Shown: in pieces, positions 8,105-18,556 of the stretch | Layout: the number at the start of each line of letters is the position of its first letter | Position numbering within the stretch: the first letter of the stretch is position 1 | IMG/VR virus record: IMGVR_UViG_3300030110_001396 | Reading direction: 5' to 3' (one strand) | Source of the DNA: an uncultured virus (IMG/VR IMGVR_UViG_3300030110_001396) | Lineage: Duplodnaviria > Heunggongvirae > Uroviricota > Caudoviricetes | DNA length: 64,000 nt | Notes under the pieces: generated by a model | Told to the model about the DNA's origin: nothing | The model's database searches: none | What the model saw: only the letters and a program-made list of their open reading frames with translations | Made by a program: the position numbers and the translations under genes

Positions 8105-9627
8105 CATCTAACGCAGATAAGTTAGCGGCTTTACGGGAAATAGATGTTTCCCATTTATCTAAAGCAGAAGCTAAAGAATTTACGATTCTTTTAGAAGAAC
8201 TAGAAAAACGTGAATTCCAAGAAAAAGCTACAAGCACTTTTATGGATTTTGTTAAATCTATATGGGCTGAATTTATTAACGGTGATCATCACGTTAAAAT
8301 GGCAAAAGCTTTTGATGATATCGCTACAGGTAAACTTAAACGTTTAATTATTAATATGCCGCCTAGACATACAAAGTCTGAGTTTGCATCACATTTGTTT
8401 CCTGCGTACCTATTAGGTAAAAATCCTAAACTAAAAATTATAGAAGCAACCCATACCGCTGACCTTGCGGTTAACTTCGGACGTAAAGTTAGGGATTTAA
8501 TTGACGGAGAAGAGTATGGAGCATTGTTTCCTGAAACAGAACTAAAAGCAGATAGTCGTTCTGCGGGTAAATGGTTAACGAATAAAGGCGGTGAATATTA
8601 CGCGGCAGGTATCGGTGGGGCATTAGCAGGAAGGGGTGCGGATTTATTTATTATTGACGATCCACATTCAGAACAAGACGCTATGTCCGATAAAGCCATG
8701 GACGAAGCTTACGAATGGTTTATGGCAGGTCCACGACAAAGGTTACAACCTGGAGGTGCAATCGTTATTGTAATGACCCGTTGGAATAAAAAAGACCTTA
8801 CAGGTCGGTTAGTTAAGAAAATGGCACAAGATCCTGGAGCAGACCAATGGGAAGTGATTGAATTTCCTGCAATATTACCAAGCGGTAAGCCTTTATGGAA
8901 TAATTTTTGGAAACTAGAAGAACTCGAAAGTATAAAAGCATCGGTTAGTCCAGGAAAATGGGCGGCTCAATATATGCAACGACCTACAGGTGAAGGTATT
9001 TCGATTATACCGAAAGAATGGTTTATGATTTGGGACGCAGATAAACCACCCAAATGCGATTATTTGATACAAAGTTTTGATACAGCGTTTTTAAAATCAG
9101 AAAGAGCTGACTATACCGCTATAACCACATGGGGAGTATTTTATCCCGAAGGTAAAATAGGCGAAGAACATTATCACGGGGATGAAGCTCATTTAATTTT
9201 GATTGATTGTATAAAAGAACGTTACGATTTTCCTGAATTAAAAGCTGAAGCGTTACGTTTGTATGAATATTGGCAACCTGATACAATTATTATTGAAGCA
9301 AAAGCTAGTGGTTTACCGTTAGTACAAGAATTACGTAGAATCGGTATTCCTGTAAATACTTTTTCTCCTGGAAAAGGGCAAGATAAAATAGCTAGGCTAA
9401 ATTCTGTCTCTCCTATTTTCCAAGATGGACGTGTTTGGATTCCAGATAACCGTTGGGGCGAAGAACTTATAGATGAAGTTTCTGATTTCCCGAACGGTGA
9501 GAACGATGACTTAGTAGATGCAACAACTTTAGCGTTAGCTAGGTTCAGGGAAGGCGGGTTTTTAACACTTTCGAGTGATTATTTTGAAGAGGAAGAACCC
9601 TATCATGGGGAAAGGGTTTATTATTAA
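8101..9627 (+). CDS. terL: Terminase large subunit
   Basis: INMPPRHTKS Walker A region, FIIDDP Walker B, RNase H-like SFDTA...DDLVDA nuclease. Confidence 0.95.
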   Translation: MTSNADKLAALREIDVSHLSKAEAKEFTILLEELEKREFQEKATSTFMDFVKSIWAEFINGDHHVKMAKAFDDIATGKLKRLIINMPPRHTKSEFASHLFPAYLLGKNPKLKIIEATHTADLAVNFGRKVRDLIDGEEYGALFPETELKADSRSAGKWLTNKGGEYYAAGIGGALAGRGADLFIIDDPHSEQDAMSDKAMDEAYEWFMAGPRQRLQPGGAIVIVMTRWNKKDLTGRLVKKMAQDPGADQWEVIEFPAILPSGKPLWNNFWKLEELESIKASVSPGKWAAQYMQRPTGEGISIIPKEWFMIWDADKPPKCDYLIQSFDTAFLKSERADYTAITTWGVFYPEGKIGEEHYHGDEAHLILIDCIKERYDFPELKAEALRLYEYWQPDTIIIEAKASGLPLVQELRRIGIPVNTFSPGKGQDKIARLNSVSPIFQDGRVWIPDNRWGEELIDEVSDFPNGENDDLVDATTLALARFREGGFLTLSSDYFEEEEPYHGERVYY

Positions 9628-9653
9628 GGAAAATCATACTATGATGTATTACC

Positions 9654-12083
9654 ATGGCTATTGAAAAACAACCAATTCCTATGCGTTCTGGTTCTGAAGA
9701 CCCAATCGAACTAGAATTAGTACAGCAACCCGACGAAGAAACTGAGCTTTTCGTTCAGCCTGACGGTTCTGTTGTACGTGGCAGCGATATGGAAGAAGAA
9801 ACACCGTCTAAGTTTGGCGAAAACTTAGCAGAAGTTTTAGACGACCGTGAATTAAACACTATTGCCGCAGAATTAGTTTCATCTTACGAAGAAGATTTAG
9901 ATTCTAGAGACGATTGGTTTCAAACTTATAGTGAAGGTTTAGAATTATTAGGAATTAGTTCTGATTCTAGGTCACAACCTTTCGTTGGAGCTTCAGGAGT
10001 ACACCATCCGATCCTTGCTGAAGCAGTAACACAGTTCCAAGCACAAGCTTATAAAGAAATGTTACCTGCAGGTGGACCTGTAGATACAGAAGTTTTAGGA
10101 ATTACCGATAATGCTAAGATGGAAAAGGCAAATCGGGTAAAAAACTTCATGAATTACCAAATTACGTACAAAATGGAAGAATATGACCCAGAAATGGATC
10201 AATTACTCTTTTATTTGCCGCTTTCTGGCTCCGCTTTCAAAAAAGTTTACTACGATCCTGCGTTAGGACGTGCAGTTGCACGTTTTGTTAAGTCAGAACA
10301 CCTTGTTGTGCCGTATTACGCAGTAGATTTACTTACAGCACCAAGAATTACCCACGTAATTCATATGAATGAGAACGAATTACGTAAATTACAGCTTTCT
10401 GGGTTCTATAAAGACACCGATATGATGTCCCCGACCAGTAATCCTGATTTAACCGAAGTAGATGATAAAATTGACGAACTTCAAGGCTTAACTAGAACGA
10501 TAAGCGATGAAGAATTTACGTTATTAGAAATGCACGTTAATTTAGACCTTGAAGGCTTCGAAGATGTAGACGCTAACGGTGAAGAAACAGGATTAGCGTT
10601 ACCTTATATCGTTACTATCTGTAAAGATAACAATAAAGTATTAGCTATTAGACCTAATTACGATCAAAACGATCCTATGCGTAAAAAGATTGAATATTTT
10701 ACTCATTATAAGTTTCTTCCAGGATTAGGTTTTTATGGTTTTGGTTTAATTCATATGATGGGCGGATTAACTAAATCAGTGACTTCGATTTTACGACAGT
10801 TGATTGATGCAGGTACGCTTTCTAATTTACCAGCAGGATTTAAATCACGAGGACTAAATATTCAGCGTCATGATGATCCGTTACAACCTGGAGAGTGGCG
10901 TGATGTTGATGCTCCTGGAGGAAGACTACAAGATTCGTTTTTACCACTACCTTATAAAGAACCAAGCGGTACATTAACGACTTTACTAGGTGCTTTAGTT
11001 GATTCAGGTAAAAGATTCGCAGCAACCGTGGAAGATCCGACAGGCGACGGTAATTCTGAAGCTCCTGTAGGTACAACCGTAGCATTAATGGAAAAAGGGC
11101 AACGAGTGATGTCCGCAATTCATAAAAGATTACATTATGCACAAAGATGTGAGTTTAAAATACTAAAAAGAGTATTTGGCGAGTTTTTACCGCCTGAGTA
11201 CCCTTATCAAGTACAAGGTGCTTCCGAAAACGTATTTAAACAAGATTTTGATGGTTCTGTAGACGTTATACCTGTTTCTGACCCTAATATCTTTAGTATG
11301 ACGCAAAGAATTACGTTAGCTCAAACTCAGTTGCAAATGGCACAAGCCGCACCTGAATTACATGATTTACGTGAGTCATATAAGAAAATGTATATCGCAT
11401 TAAATATAAAAGATATTGATGCACTCCTTCCACCAGAACAAGAAGTACCTGCACGTGATCCTATTAGTGAACAACAAGCAGTTTTAACAGGAACACCAAT
11501 TAGAGCTTACGAGTTTCAAAACCACGAAGCCTATATAGCAGCACATAGTGCATTTATGCAAAATCCTATGGTGCAACAAAACCCAGTAGCTTCACAAGCA
11601 ATAGGAGCGAATATACAAGAACACCAAGCGATGTTATATAAATTACAAATAGAACAAGCGATGGGGCAACCGTTACCAGAAATACAAGCAGGACAAATGC
11701 CGCCTGAAATGATGAATGAGATTGCATTAATGGCACAAGCGGCAACACAACAAGTTACAGGTCAAGCACAGGCGATGGCAGCAGCAATGCAAACACCAGA
11801 TCCACAAAGACAGATGTTCGAACAACAACTACAACTTGAAAGAGAGCAGTTGATGCAAAAAGAAGGCGACGATCAAAGAGATGCACAACTAGCCGCAATG
11901 AAAGCTGAACTAGACGCACAAATTAAACGTGAGAAGATCGAAGCTGATTTACGTGTACAAGATACTAAAGCCGCAATAGACTTGCAAGAACTAGAGCAAA
12001 AAGCTAAAGTTGATGCAGAAAAGAACTATACGGAACTAGTTAAAACAGTTCGAGAAACTCGAAAACAAAACGGAGAAAAATAA
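9654..12083 (+). CDS. Portal protein
   Basis: 809 aa directly after terL; GSAFKKVYYD and GFYGFG motifs; Q-rich C-terminal coiled coil as in P22-like portals. Confidence 0.85.
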   Translation: MAIEKQPIPMRSGSEDPIELELVQQPDEETELFVQPDGSVVRGSDMEEETPSKFGENLAEVLDDRELNTIAAELVSSYEEDLDSRDDWFQTYSEGLELLGISSDSRSQPFVGASGVHHPILAEAVTQFQAQAYKEMLPAGGPVDTEVLGITDNAKMEKANRVKNFMNYQITYKMEEYDPEMDQLLFYLPLSGSAFKKVYYDPALGRAVARFVKSEHLVVPYYAVDLLTAPRITHVIHMNENELRKLQLSGFYKDTDMMSPTSNPDLTEVDDKIDELQGLTRTISDEEFTLLEMHVNLDLEGFEDVDANGEETGLALPYIVTICKDNNKVLAIRPNYDQNDPMRKKIEYFTHYKFLPGLGFYGFGLIHMMGGLTKSVTSILRQLIDAGTLSNLPAGFKSRGLNIQRHDDPLQPGEWRDVDAPGGRLQDSFLPLPYKEPSGTLTTLLGALVDSGKRFAATVEDPTGDGNSEAPVGTTVALMEKGQRVMSAIHKRLHYAQRCEFKILKRVFGEFLPPEYPYQVQGASENVFKQDFDGSVDVIPVSDPNIFSMTQRITLAQTQLQMAQAAPELHDLRESYKKMYIALNIKDIDALLPPEQEVPARDPISEQQAVLTGTPIRAYEFQNHEAYIAAHSAFMQNPMVQQNPVASQAIGANIQEHQAMLYKLQIEQAMGQPLPEIQAGQMPPEMMNEIALMAQAATQQVTGQAQAMAAAMQTPDPQRQMFEQQLQLEREQLMQKEGDDQRDAQLAAMKAELDAQIKREKIEADLRVQDTKAAIDLQELEQKAKVDAEKNYTELVKTVRETRKQNGEK

Positions 12084-12286
12084 TGAGAGATTATTACGAT
12101 AACGATAAATATCCTTCACCATCACCTAAGAAAACAAAGGCGTCTCCTAGTTTTCCTAGCGTAGAGGATACAACAAAAACACAATCTGTTCAAGCAGGTG
12201 AATGCTTAGACAAACCTGAAGAAGCTAAAGTAAAAGCGGCTTATGGACAGACAAAAGGACTTCTTTGGTATCGTTCTATTAAATAA
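12083..12286 (+). CDS. Small hypothetical head-module protein
   Basis: TAATG coupling to portal; 67 aa. Confidence 0.65.
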   Translation: MRDYYDNDKYPSPSPKKTKASPSFPSVEDTTKTQSVQAGECLDKPEEAKVKAAYGQTKGLLWYRSIK

Positions 12287-12289
12287 TTA

Positions 12290-12487
12290 ATGGACTATAT
12301 CTTAGCAACGGAGCATTTGCTTCGTAAATATCGTGAGAGAAAAGAAGCTCTCACGCAAACGTTGGCTTCTGGAAGTGTTGAGAATTTTGAACAATACCAA
12401 AGGATAGTCGGTGAAATAGCAGGTTTGAGTTTCTGTGAACAGGAAATTCAAACTTTACATTCTAATATGGAGGATGCAAATGACTAG
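12290..12487 (+). CDS. Hypothetical head-module protein
   Basis: LASG...EQYQRIVGEIAGL; sits between portal and GroES. Confidence 0.75.
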   Translation: MDYILATEHLLRKYRERKEALTQTLASGSVENFEQYQRIVGEIAGLSFCEQEIQTLHSNMEDAND

Positions 12488-12932
12488 TAAAGTCGAAACA
12501 ACAACTGTTCCAGATAGAGTAGATAATTTCGGTAGTAATGGTGCGGCTAAAGCAGAATTAGCTTCAGAGCCAACAATTACTCCTGATAATGTAGACTCTC
12601 ATGCAAGTTCGTTACCCCGTCCAACTGGGTATCGAATTTTAATATTACCTTTTAGCCCCAAAGCGGTAACTAAAGGTGGAATACATATAGCAAAACAAAC
12701 GGTCGATAAGGAAAGGTTAGCGACTGTTGTGGGGTACGTAGTTTCTCTAGGACCTGACGCTTATAGTGATCCACATAAGTTTCCAGAAGGAGCTTGGTGT
12801 AAAGAAGGTGATTGGGTTATCTTCGGTCGATATGCGGGAGCTCGTTTTCAAATAGAAGGTGGCGATATGCGTCTTTTAAATGATGACGAAATCTTAGCTC
12901 GTATCGATGACCCAGAAGCAATTTTATCATAA
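12480..12932 (+). CDS. groES: Co-chaperonin GroES
   Basis: PTGYRILI...TKGGIHI mobile loop...VVSLGPDAY...GDWVIFGRYAG...LLNDDEILA; GGAGG SD supports start at 12480. Confidence 0.9.
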   Translation: MTSKVETTTVPDRVDNFGSNGAAKAELASEPTITPDNVDSHASSLPRPTGYRILILPFSPKAVTKGGIHIAKQTVDKERLATVVGYVVSLGPDAYSDPHKFPEGAWCKEGDWVIFGRYAGARFQIEGGDMRLLNDDEILARIDDPEAILS

Positions 12933-12950
12933 CAAACTTGAGGAGGACTC

Positions 12951-13838
12951 ATGCAAAATAACGAAGCCGAAAAAATAGAATTAGAACTACCCGAAGGGGA
13001 AGTTGATGTACGGGAAGCAGATGTAGACGATTCAATTAAAGACGAAGTAGTCGAAGAAGCTCCTGTAGAAGAAGTAAAAGATGAATTAGACGCGATTTCT
13101 GATTCAGTGCAAAAACGTATCGATAAGTTAACTTATAAGATGCGAGAAGCAGAAAGACAGCGAGATGAAGCTGTTAATTACGCTCAAAGTGTTAATCAAA
13201 CAGCGACTAGTTTAAAAGAAAAATTAAAAAATTCTGATACTTCGCTTTTCAAAGAGTACGATAACAGGGTACAATCTGAAATTGAAGGAGCAAAAAGACT
13301 TTTAAAAGATGCACAAGAAGCAGGGGATAGTGAAGCAGTGGTTGAAGCAACTACGGTTCTTTCTCGTGCTACCGCTGAAGCAGAAAATCTTAAAAGACTA
13401 CAAGCTCAACAACAAGTTAGAGAAAAGGCAAAACCAGAAGAAGTTCCCGTTGAGCCTTATCAACCGACTTTACAGCCAGAACAAGCTGCAGGACCAGATC
13501 CTAAAGCTGAAGCATGGGCTGAAAAGAATGAATGGTTTGGAGATGACCAAGCAATGACATTTGCAGCATTTGGAATACATAAAGAATTAGTAGAAGAAGG
13601 AGTTGATCCAACTTCTGATAATTATTATGCCGAAGTTGATAAACGTATGGCTGAAAATTTTCCACACAAGTTTTCTAATGAGCAACCTGCCCCCGTGCAA
13701 CAGGTCGCTGCTTCTAGCCGAGGGGCTAGTGGTAAAAAATCATCACGCAAAATCAAGTTGACACCTAGTCAAGTAGCGATAGCTAAAAGACTAAACGTGC
13801 CGCTAGAAGAATATGCTAAGCATATTGAAGGAGTATAA
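12951..13838 (+). CDS. Probable capsid scaffolding protein
   Basis: Acidic coiled coil, WAEKNEWFG and C-terminal LTPSQVAIAKRLNV; upstream of the capsid genes. Confidence 0.7.
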   Translation: MQNNEAEKIELELPEGEVDVREADVDDSIKDEVVEEAPVEEVKDELDAISDSVQKRIDKLTYKMREAERQRDEAVNYAQSVNQTATSLKEKLKNSDTSLFKEYDNRVQSEIEGAKRLLKDAQEAGDSEAVVEATTVLSRATAEAENLKRLQAQQQVREKAKPEEVPVEPYQPTLQPEQAAGPDPKAEAWAEKNEWFGDDQAMTFAAFGIHKELVEEGVDPTSDNYYAEVDKRMAENFPHKFSNEQPAPVQQVAASSRGASGKKSSRKIKLTPSQVAIAKRLNVPLEEYAKHIEGV

Positions 13839-13839
13839 A

Positions 13840-14337
13840 ATGACAGAAGAAAATAAAACAACAGAAGTCAGCACAGATCGTAACTCACGATCTGCAGAGA
13901 CACGAGCCTCTCAAACTCGCAGAACCCCTTGGACTCCACCGTCTATGTTAGACGCACCCGAAGCTCCTCCTGGATATCAATTTAGGTGGATTCGTGAAGC
14001 TACTCGAGGAATCGATGATAAATCTAATATGTCTAAACGTATTAGAGAGGGATATGAACCTGTGAGAGCAGAAGATTATCCTGATTTCGAAGCCCCAACT
14101 ATTGATAGTGGTAGCAACACAGGAGTAATCGGAGTCGGAGGATTGATACTTGCTAAAGTTCCAGTCGAAACCGCATCAGAGCGTAATGCTTATTTTAAAA
14201 ATCAAGCAGATACAGCGATGCAAGGTGTAGATCAAAACTTTATGCGAGAAAGTGATGCTAGAATGCCTATTAAAGATAGTGATATCCAAAGGACTTCTAA
14301 AGTCGCCTTCGGTAGTAAGCCTACCGATGCAAAGTAA
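13840..14337 (+). CDS. Head-module hypothetical protein
   Basis: PPGYQFRWIR...EGYEPV...VGGLILAK; GGAG SD at 13840. Confidence 0.75.
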   Translation: MTEENKTTEVSTDRNSRSAETRASQTRRTPWTPPSMLDAPEAPPGYQFRWIREATRGIDDKSNMSKRIREGYEPVRAEDYPDFEAPTIDSGSNTGVIGVGGLILAKVPVETASERNAYFKNQADTAMQGVDQNFMRESDARMPIKDSDIQRTSKVAFGSKPTDAK

Positions 14338-14374
14338 TTAATAATAACAATGTATATAGACAAAGGAGAAAACA

Positions 14375-14914
14375 ATGGCTAATACAAATAAACCAGATGG
14401 TTTTACTCCCGCATATCATATGTACGGAGGTGTTATTCGTCCTGCTAAAATGAGAATCGCAAGTGCAACTAACGCATCAATCTTTTCAGGTGATGTTGTT
14501 AACTTATCTAGCGGTTATGTCATTCAAGGCACAGCGACTGGCACACCCGTAGGTGTATTTTACGGAGTATACTATACAGCTACTGACGGCACCCCGACTT
14601 TCTCGAAAGTTTGGACTGCTGACACAGCTACCCAAGGCGGAGCAGATGCAGAAGCTCTCGTTTATAACGATCCTGGAATCGTTTACGAGGCTCAATTTAC
14701 AGCTGGAACACCAGCAGTAAGTTTTATCGGCTCTAAATATACTCTTTCTACGACTGCTGGTTCAACATTGAACGGTAGATCAAAGGAAGGGGCAACCGCA
14801 ACAACCTCAAGTGGTGTAGCGTTATGTGTAGGATTCGCCTCGCAACCAAGCAACGAAATCGGTGCTTATGCGAGAGGGTTATTCACATTCCCTACTAACA
14901 CTTTTGCTGTTTAA
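14375..14914 (+). CDS. Probable capsid decoration/minor capsid protein
   Basis: Small-residue-rich beta protein immediately before the MCP; AAAGGAG SD. Confidence 0.6.
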   Translation: MANTNKPDGFTPAYHMYGGVIRPAKMRIASATNASIFSGDVVNLSSGYVIQGTATGTPVGVFYGVYYTATDGTPTFSKVWTADTATQGGADAEALVYNDPGIVYEAQFTAGTPAVSFIGSKYTLSTTAGSTLNGRSKEGATATTSSGVALCVGFASQPSNEIGAYARGLFTFPTNTFAV

Positions 14915-14931
14915 TTCTAAGGAGATAAATA

Positions 14932-15840
14932 ATGGCGATTAACAGAGCACAACTAGTCAAAGAACTAGTTCCTGGACTCCATGCTCTCTTTGGATTAGAG
15001 TATGAGAGATATAATAACGAACACGAAGACATCTTCGATACTGAGAACTCCGAAAGGGCTTTTGAGGAAGAAGTAATGTTAAGTGGATTTGGTGAAGCAC
15101 CGACTAAAGGAGAAGGAGCAGCAGTCATTTATGATACAGCTCAAGAATCCTGGACATCTCGTTTCACGCATGAAACTATCGCACTAGCGTTTGCATTAAC
15201 AGAAGAAGCTATCGAAGATAACCTCTACGATACACTTTCTTCACGTTACACAAGAGCACTAGCACGTTCGATGCAACAAACTAAGCAAGTTAAAGCAGCT
15301 AATGTTTTAAACAATGCTTTTAGTTCATCTTACGTTGGCGGTGATGGAAAAGAGCTTTGTGCTACAGACCATCCAACTGTTGCGAATGTTGATTTAAGAA
15401 ATGAGCTGTCAACAGCTGCTGACCTTAATGAAACTTCACTTGAACAAGCGTTGATTGACATCGCTGACTTCAAAGATGAAAGAAATCTTAAAGTCAATGC
15501 ACAAGCAAGGAAATTAATTATTCCACCTGCTTTGCAATTTGTTGCTGATAGATTGATGGAAACTCCAGGAAGAGTTGGTACATCAGATAATGATATTAAT
15601 GCAATTAGAAATATGGGAATGGTCTCAGAAGGCTACGTTGTAAATCATTATCTAACAGATACTGATGCTTTCTTCATCAAAACTGATGTTCCTAACGGGT
15701 TAAAACACTTCGTTAGAACTCCTGTATCTACTAGTATGGAAGGCGACTTCGAAACTGGTAACGTAAGATACAAGGCGAGAGAACGTTACAGCTTTGGTTG
15801 GAGTGACTGGAGAGGTATCTTCGGTTCACCAGGAGCCTAA
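14932..15840 (+). CDS. Major capsid protein (Mu gpT-like, HK97 fold)
   Basis: MAINRAQLVKEL.PGL.ALFGLEY...DFETGNVRYKARERYSFGWSDWRG; strong SD and terminator. Confidence 0.9.
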   Translation: MAINRAQLVKELVPGLHALFGLEYERYNNEHEDIFDTENSERAFEEEVMLSGFGEAPTKGEGAAVIYDTAQESWTSRFTHETIALAFALTEEAIEDNLYDTLSSRYTRALARSMQQTKQVKAANVLNNAFSSSYVGGDGKELCATDHPTVANVDLRNELSTAADLNETSLEQALIDIADFKDERNLKVNAQARKLIIPPALQFVADRLMETPGRVGTSDNDINAIRNMGMVSEGYVVNHYLTDTDAFFIKTDVPNGLKHFVRTPVSTSMEGDFETGNVRYKARERYSFGWSDWRGIFGSPGA

Positions 15841-15860
15841 TTCATTAACGTGAATTTATT

Positions 15861-15891
15861 AAAGGGGAGCTTCGGTTCCCCTTTTCTTTTT
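15861..15891 (+). terminator. Rho-independent terminator after MCP
   Basis: AAAGGGGAGC-TTCG-GTTCCCCTTT plus T run. Confidence 0.9.
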
Positions 15892-15916
15892 GTAGGCATT
15901 CATATACAATCAAAAG

Positions 15917-15976
15917 ACTAGGATTTATTAACTTGTTCTACAGACTGACCTAGCAGACAAGCCGAGACAGTAGAAC
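15917..15976 (+). ncRNA. Structured, pseudoknot-capable RNA element; candidate Mu-gpT-DE motif
   Basis: GTTCTAC(15935-41)/GTAGAAC(15970-76) stem; CTG-ACCTAG-CAG hairpin whose loop is complementary to CTAGG(15918-22); lies downstream of a gpT-like MCP. Confidence 0.55.
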
Positions 15977-15996
15977 TTATTTCCACGGAGGAAATT

Positions 15997-16503
15997 ATGG
16001 CAAAATCAACCTTTTCGGGTCCTGTACAATCATTGGCAGGATTTATATCAGCGGGTAACGCTAACGTTGTTAGTTTAACTGCAGACACATCTCTGACAGT
16101 GGCTTCCCACGCAGGAAAAATAATAACTTGTAACGACGCAGATGGTAAATTTACTTTACCCACTATCGTAGCTACTGCTCCAGGAAGAGACGATGATCCT
16201 AATCAAACAAATAATTTAGGTGCATCATTCTTTTTCGTAGTAGAGACTGCTGCAACTGATATGGACATCTTAACAGACGGTACAGATAAGTTTGTAGGTG
16301 GACTTTACACTGGTGTAACAGATGCAACAGGTAAAACTTTTATTTCTGGTGCATCTAATGATGTTATCACTATGAATGGTTCTACTAAAGGCGGACTTGC
16401 AGGTAGTATCGTTAAAGTTACTGCTATGGCAAGTGCTAAATACGCAGTAGAAGGAATTATTTTAGGGTCAGGAACTTTAGTTACACCATTTGCTGACGCT
16501 TAA
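15997..16503 (+). CDS. Virion structural protein (head fibre/decoration-like)
   Basis: MAKSTFSGPV N-terminus; G/T/A-rich; GGAGG SD. Confidence 0.65.
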   Translation: MAKSTFSGPVQSLAGFISAGNANVVSLTADTSLTVASHAGKIITCNDADGKFTLPTIVATAPGRDDDPNQTNNLGASFFFVVETAATDMDILTDGTDKFVGGLYTGVTDATGKTFISGASNDVITMNGSTKGGLAGSIVKVTAMASAKYAVEGIILGSGTLVTPFADA

Positions 16504-16523
16504 TCTTAATATAGGAGATTAAT

Positions 16524-16850
16524 ATGAGTTCATCAGATGTAAAAGCGACCGTAGCTCTCACTTCGACAGGACAATTACAAGGATTTATTGGTTCTGGTGC
16601 GGGGACTGCTACTAATTTAGGTCCAATAAGAATTCAGTCTGTTCAAGCACAAGCTAGTGCCGCAGATGGTTCTATAAAAATCTATGACGGAACGGGTGCA
16701 AGTGGGACTAAGTTACTTATTGAGTTTAAGTTCGGTTCAGCAGCAAATGAGTCTTTTGACCATTATTTGCCTAATGACGGAGTAAAATTCGATACAGGAG
16801 CTTATGTTGTGTTGGCTAACTGCGACTTTTTTGTAGCATACTACAACTAA
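16524..16850 (+). CDS. Probable virion structural protein
   Basis: 108 aa beta-rich ORF in the structural operon. Confidence 0.65.
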   Translation: MSSSDVKATVALTSTGQLQGFIGSGAGTATNLGPIRIQSVQAQASAADGSIKIYDGTGASGTKLLIEFKFGSAANESFDHYLPNDGVKFDTGAYVVLANCDFFVAYYN

Positions 16851-16851
16851 C

Positions 16852-17523
16852 ATGGCAACCTCGGGAACTCGTGCATTTAGTTTAGATGTAGCGACCGCAA
16901 TCGAAGAGGCGTACGAACTTGCAGGATTAGAAGCTCGTACGTCTTATGATGCTGTTACAGCACGTCGTTCTATGAATATAATGTTTGCCGACTGGTCAAA
17001 CAGAGGTATTCAAATGTGGGAAGTAACTAAAGTAGAGTTAAGTCTCACAGAAGGTACTAATGAGTACACTTTAAACTCTTTTGATATCGATGTTTTAGAC
17101 GCTTACGTAGAAAGAACAGTAAGTGGTATTGTAACTGATTACCCCTTAGATAGAGTAGATCGAAACGAGTATGTAGGCATACCAAACAAGGCGACTAAAG
17201 CACGTTCTACAGAATTTTGGTTAGAACGTAAAAAGTCTCCTGTTATTCATCTTTATCCAACGCCCGAGAATTCAACGGACAAACTCATTTACTATGTATG
17301 GCGTACTATAGAGGATGCTGCGGCTTCTCTTAACGATGTAGATATACCCACACGATTTATGCCTTGCTTAGTATCAGGTTTAGCTTATTATTTATGTATA
17401 AAGAAAAATGTTCAGAAACTTCCTGTTATACAGGATTTATATGAGAGAGATTTAGCTAACGCTTTACGTTATGACGAAGACCGTTCTAATATTAGATTAG
17501 TTCCTAAACAAGAGTATATCTAA
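16852..17523 (+). CDS. Head-tail adaptor / tail tubular protein A-like
   Basis: IEEAYE...WSNRG...LYPTP...GLAYYL; position after the head genes. Confidence 0.65.
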   Translation: MATSGTRAFSLDVATAIEEAYELAGLEARTSYDAVTARRSMNIMFADWSNRGIQMWEVTKVELSLTEGTNEYTLNSFDIDVLDAYVERTVSGIVTDYPLDRVDRNEYVGIPNKATKARSTEFWLERKKSPVIHLYPTPENSTDKLIYYVWRTIEDAAASLNDVDIPTRFMPCLVSGLAYYLCIKKNVQKLPVIQDLYERDLANALRYDEDRSNIRLVPKQEYI

Positions 17524-17900
17524 TGGCTTATGCTTCAGGAAAATATGCTTACTTTATCTGCGATACTTGTGGATTTAGATATCCATATAAAGAAGCACGA
17601 GGAACTTGGGAAAACAATAGAGTTTGTCATGAGTGTTACGAACCTAAACATCCACAACTAGACCCACCAAGTATAGGAGCAGACGCAGAACTTCTTTGGA
17701 GACCTAGACCTGACGTTCCGTTACCTCAAGCAGGTTTGGGTGTTGTTACTACAATAGATCCTTCAACAGCAGTTATAAATAGTACAACAAGCCCCAGTGG
17801 AACTAGAACAATGACTGTTACCGATGATCCTATAGGTAGTGTATTTGAAGGAGAGTTTGGAACAGGTGAAATAGGTACTTTAGAAGCAGGTGGAGACTAA
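17523..17900 (+). CDS. Zinc-binding hypothetical protein
   Basis: CDTCGF...VCHECYEPKHPQ...PRPD. Confidence 0.7.
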   Translation: MAYASGKYAYFICDTCGFRYPYKEARGTWENNRVCHECYEPKHPQLDPPSIGADAELLWRPRPDVPLPQAGLGVVTTIDPSTAVINSTTSPSGTRTMTVTDDPIGSVFEGEFGTGEIGTLEAGGD

Positions 17901-18556
17901 TGGCAGGATTTACATACGCAACATTAAAAACAGCAATACAAGATTATTTAGATAATACAGAAACTACTTTTGTTAATAATTTAGATACTTTTATACAATC
18001 AACAGAAGAAAGAATTTTAAAAGGAGTACAACTTCCTGTTTTTCGTAAAAACGTTACAGGTAGAGCTACGCAAGGTAATACTTATTTAGCAACACCCTCA
18101 GATTTTTTATCTCCGTTTAGTTTAGCTTTAATTGATAGTTCAGGTAATTACACTTATTTATTATTAAAACACGTTTCCTGGATTAGAGACTACACTCCTT
18201 CAGCAGCTACAGAAGGATTGCCTTTATATTATTCTCAGTTTGATGACGATACTTTTTTATTAGCTCCTACTCCTAATGCTACATTAGATTTCGAACTTCA
18301 CTATAACTATAGACCTAATTCTTTAACAACTGTTGGAAACGATAATCAAACATGGCTTTCTGATAATGCTCCTAATGCTATGTTATATGGAGCTTTAGTA
18401 GAGGGTGCAGTGTTTATGAAAGAAGCTCCTGAAACTATTATGTTATATGAACAAAAATTTCAAGAAGCTTTAGCTTTATTAAAAGTTCTTGGTGAATATA
18501 AAGATGTTAGAGATGAAGCAAGAAATGATCAACTTAAAATACAACCACAAGCATGA
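17900..18556 (+). CDS. Second adaptor / tail tubular A-like protein
   Basis: TYATLKTAIQDY...LAPTP...WLSDNAP..MLYGAL. Confidence 0.65.
   Translation: MAGFTYATLKTAIQDYLDNTETTFVNNLDTFIQSTEERILKGVQLPVFRKNVTGRATQGNTYLATPSDFLSPFSLALIDSSGNYTYLLLKHVSWIRDYTPSAATEGLPLYYSQFDDDTFLLAPTPNATLDFELHYNYRPNSLTTVGNDNQTWLSDNAPNAMLYGALVEGAVFMKEAPETIMLYEQKFQEALALLKVLGEYKDVRDEARNDQLKIQPQA

Noticed and set aside
15917..15976. Hammerhead ribozyme
   Set aside because: The CUGANGA and GAAA core is not present.
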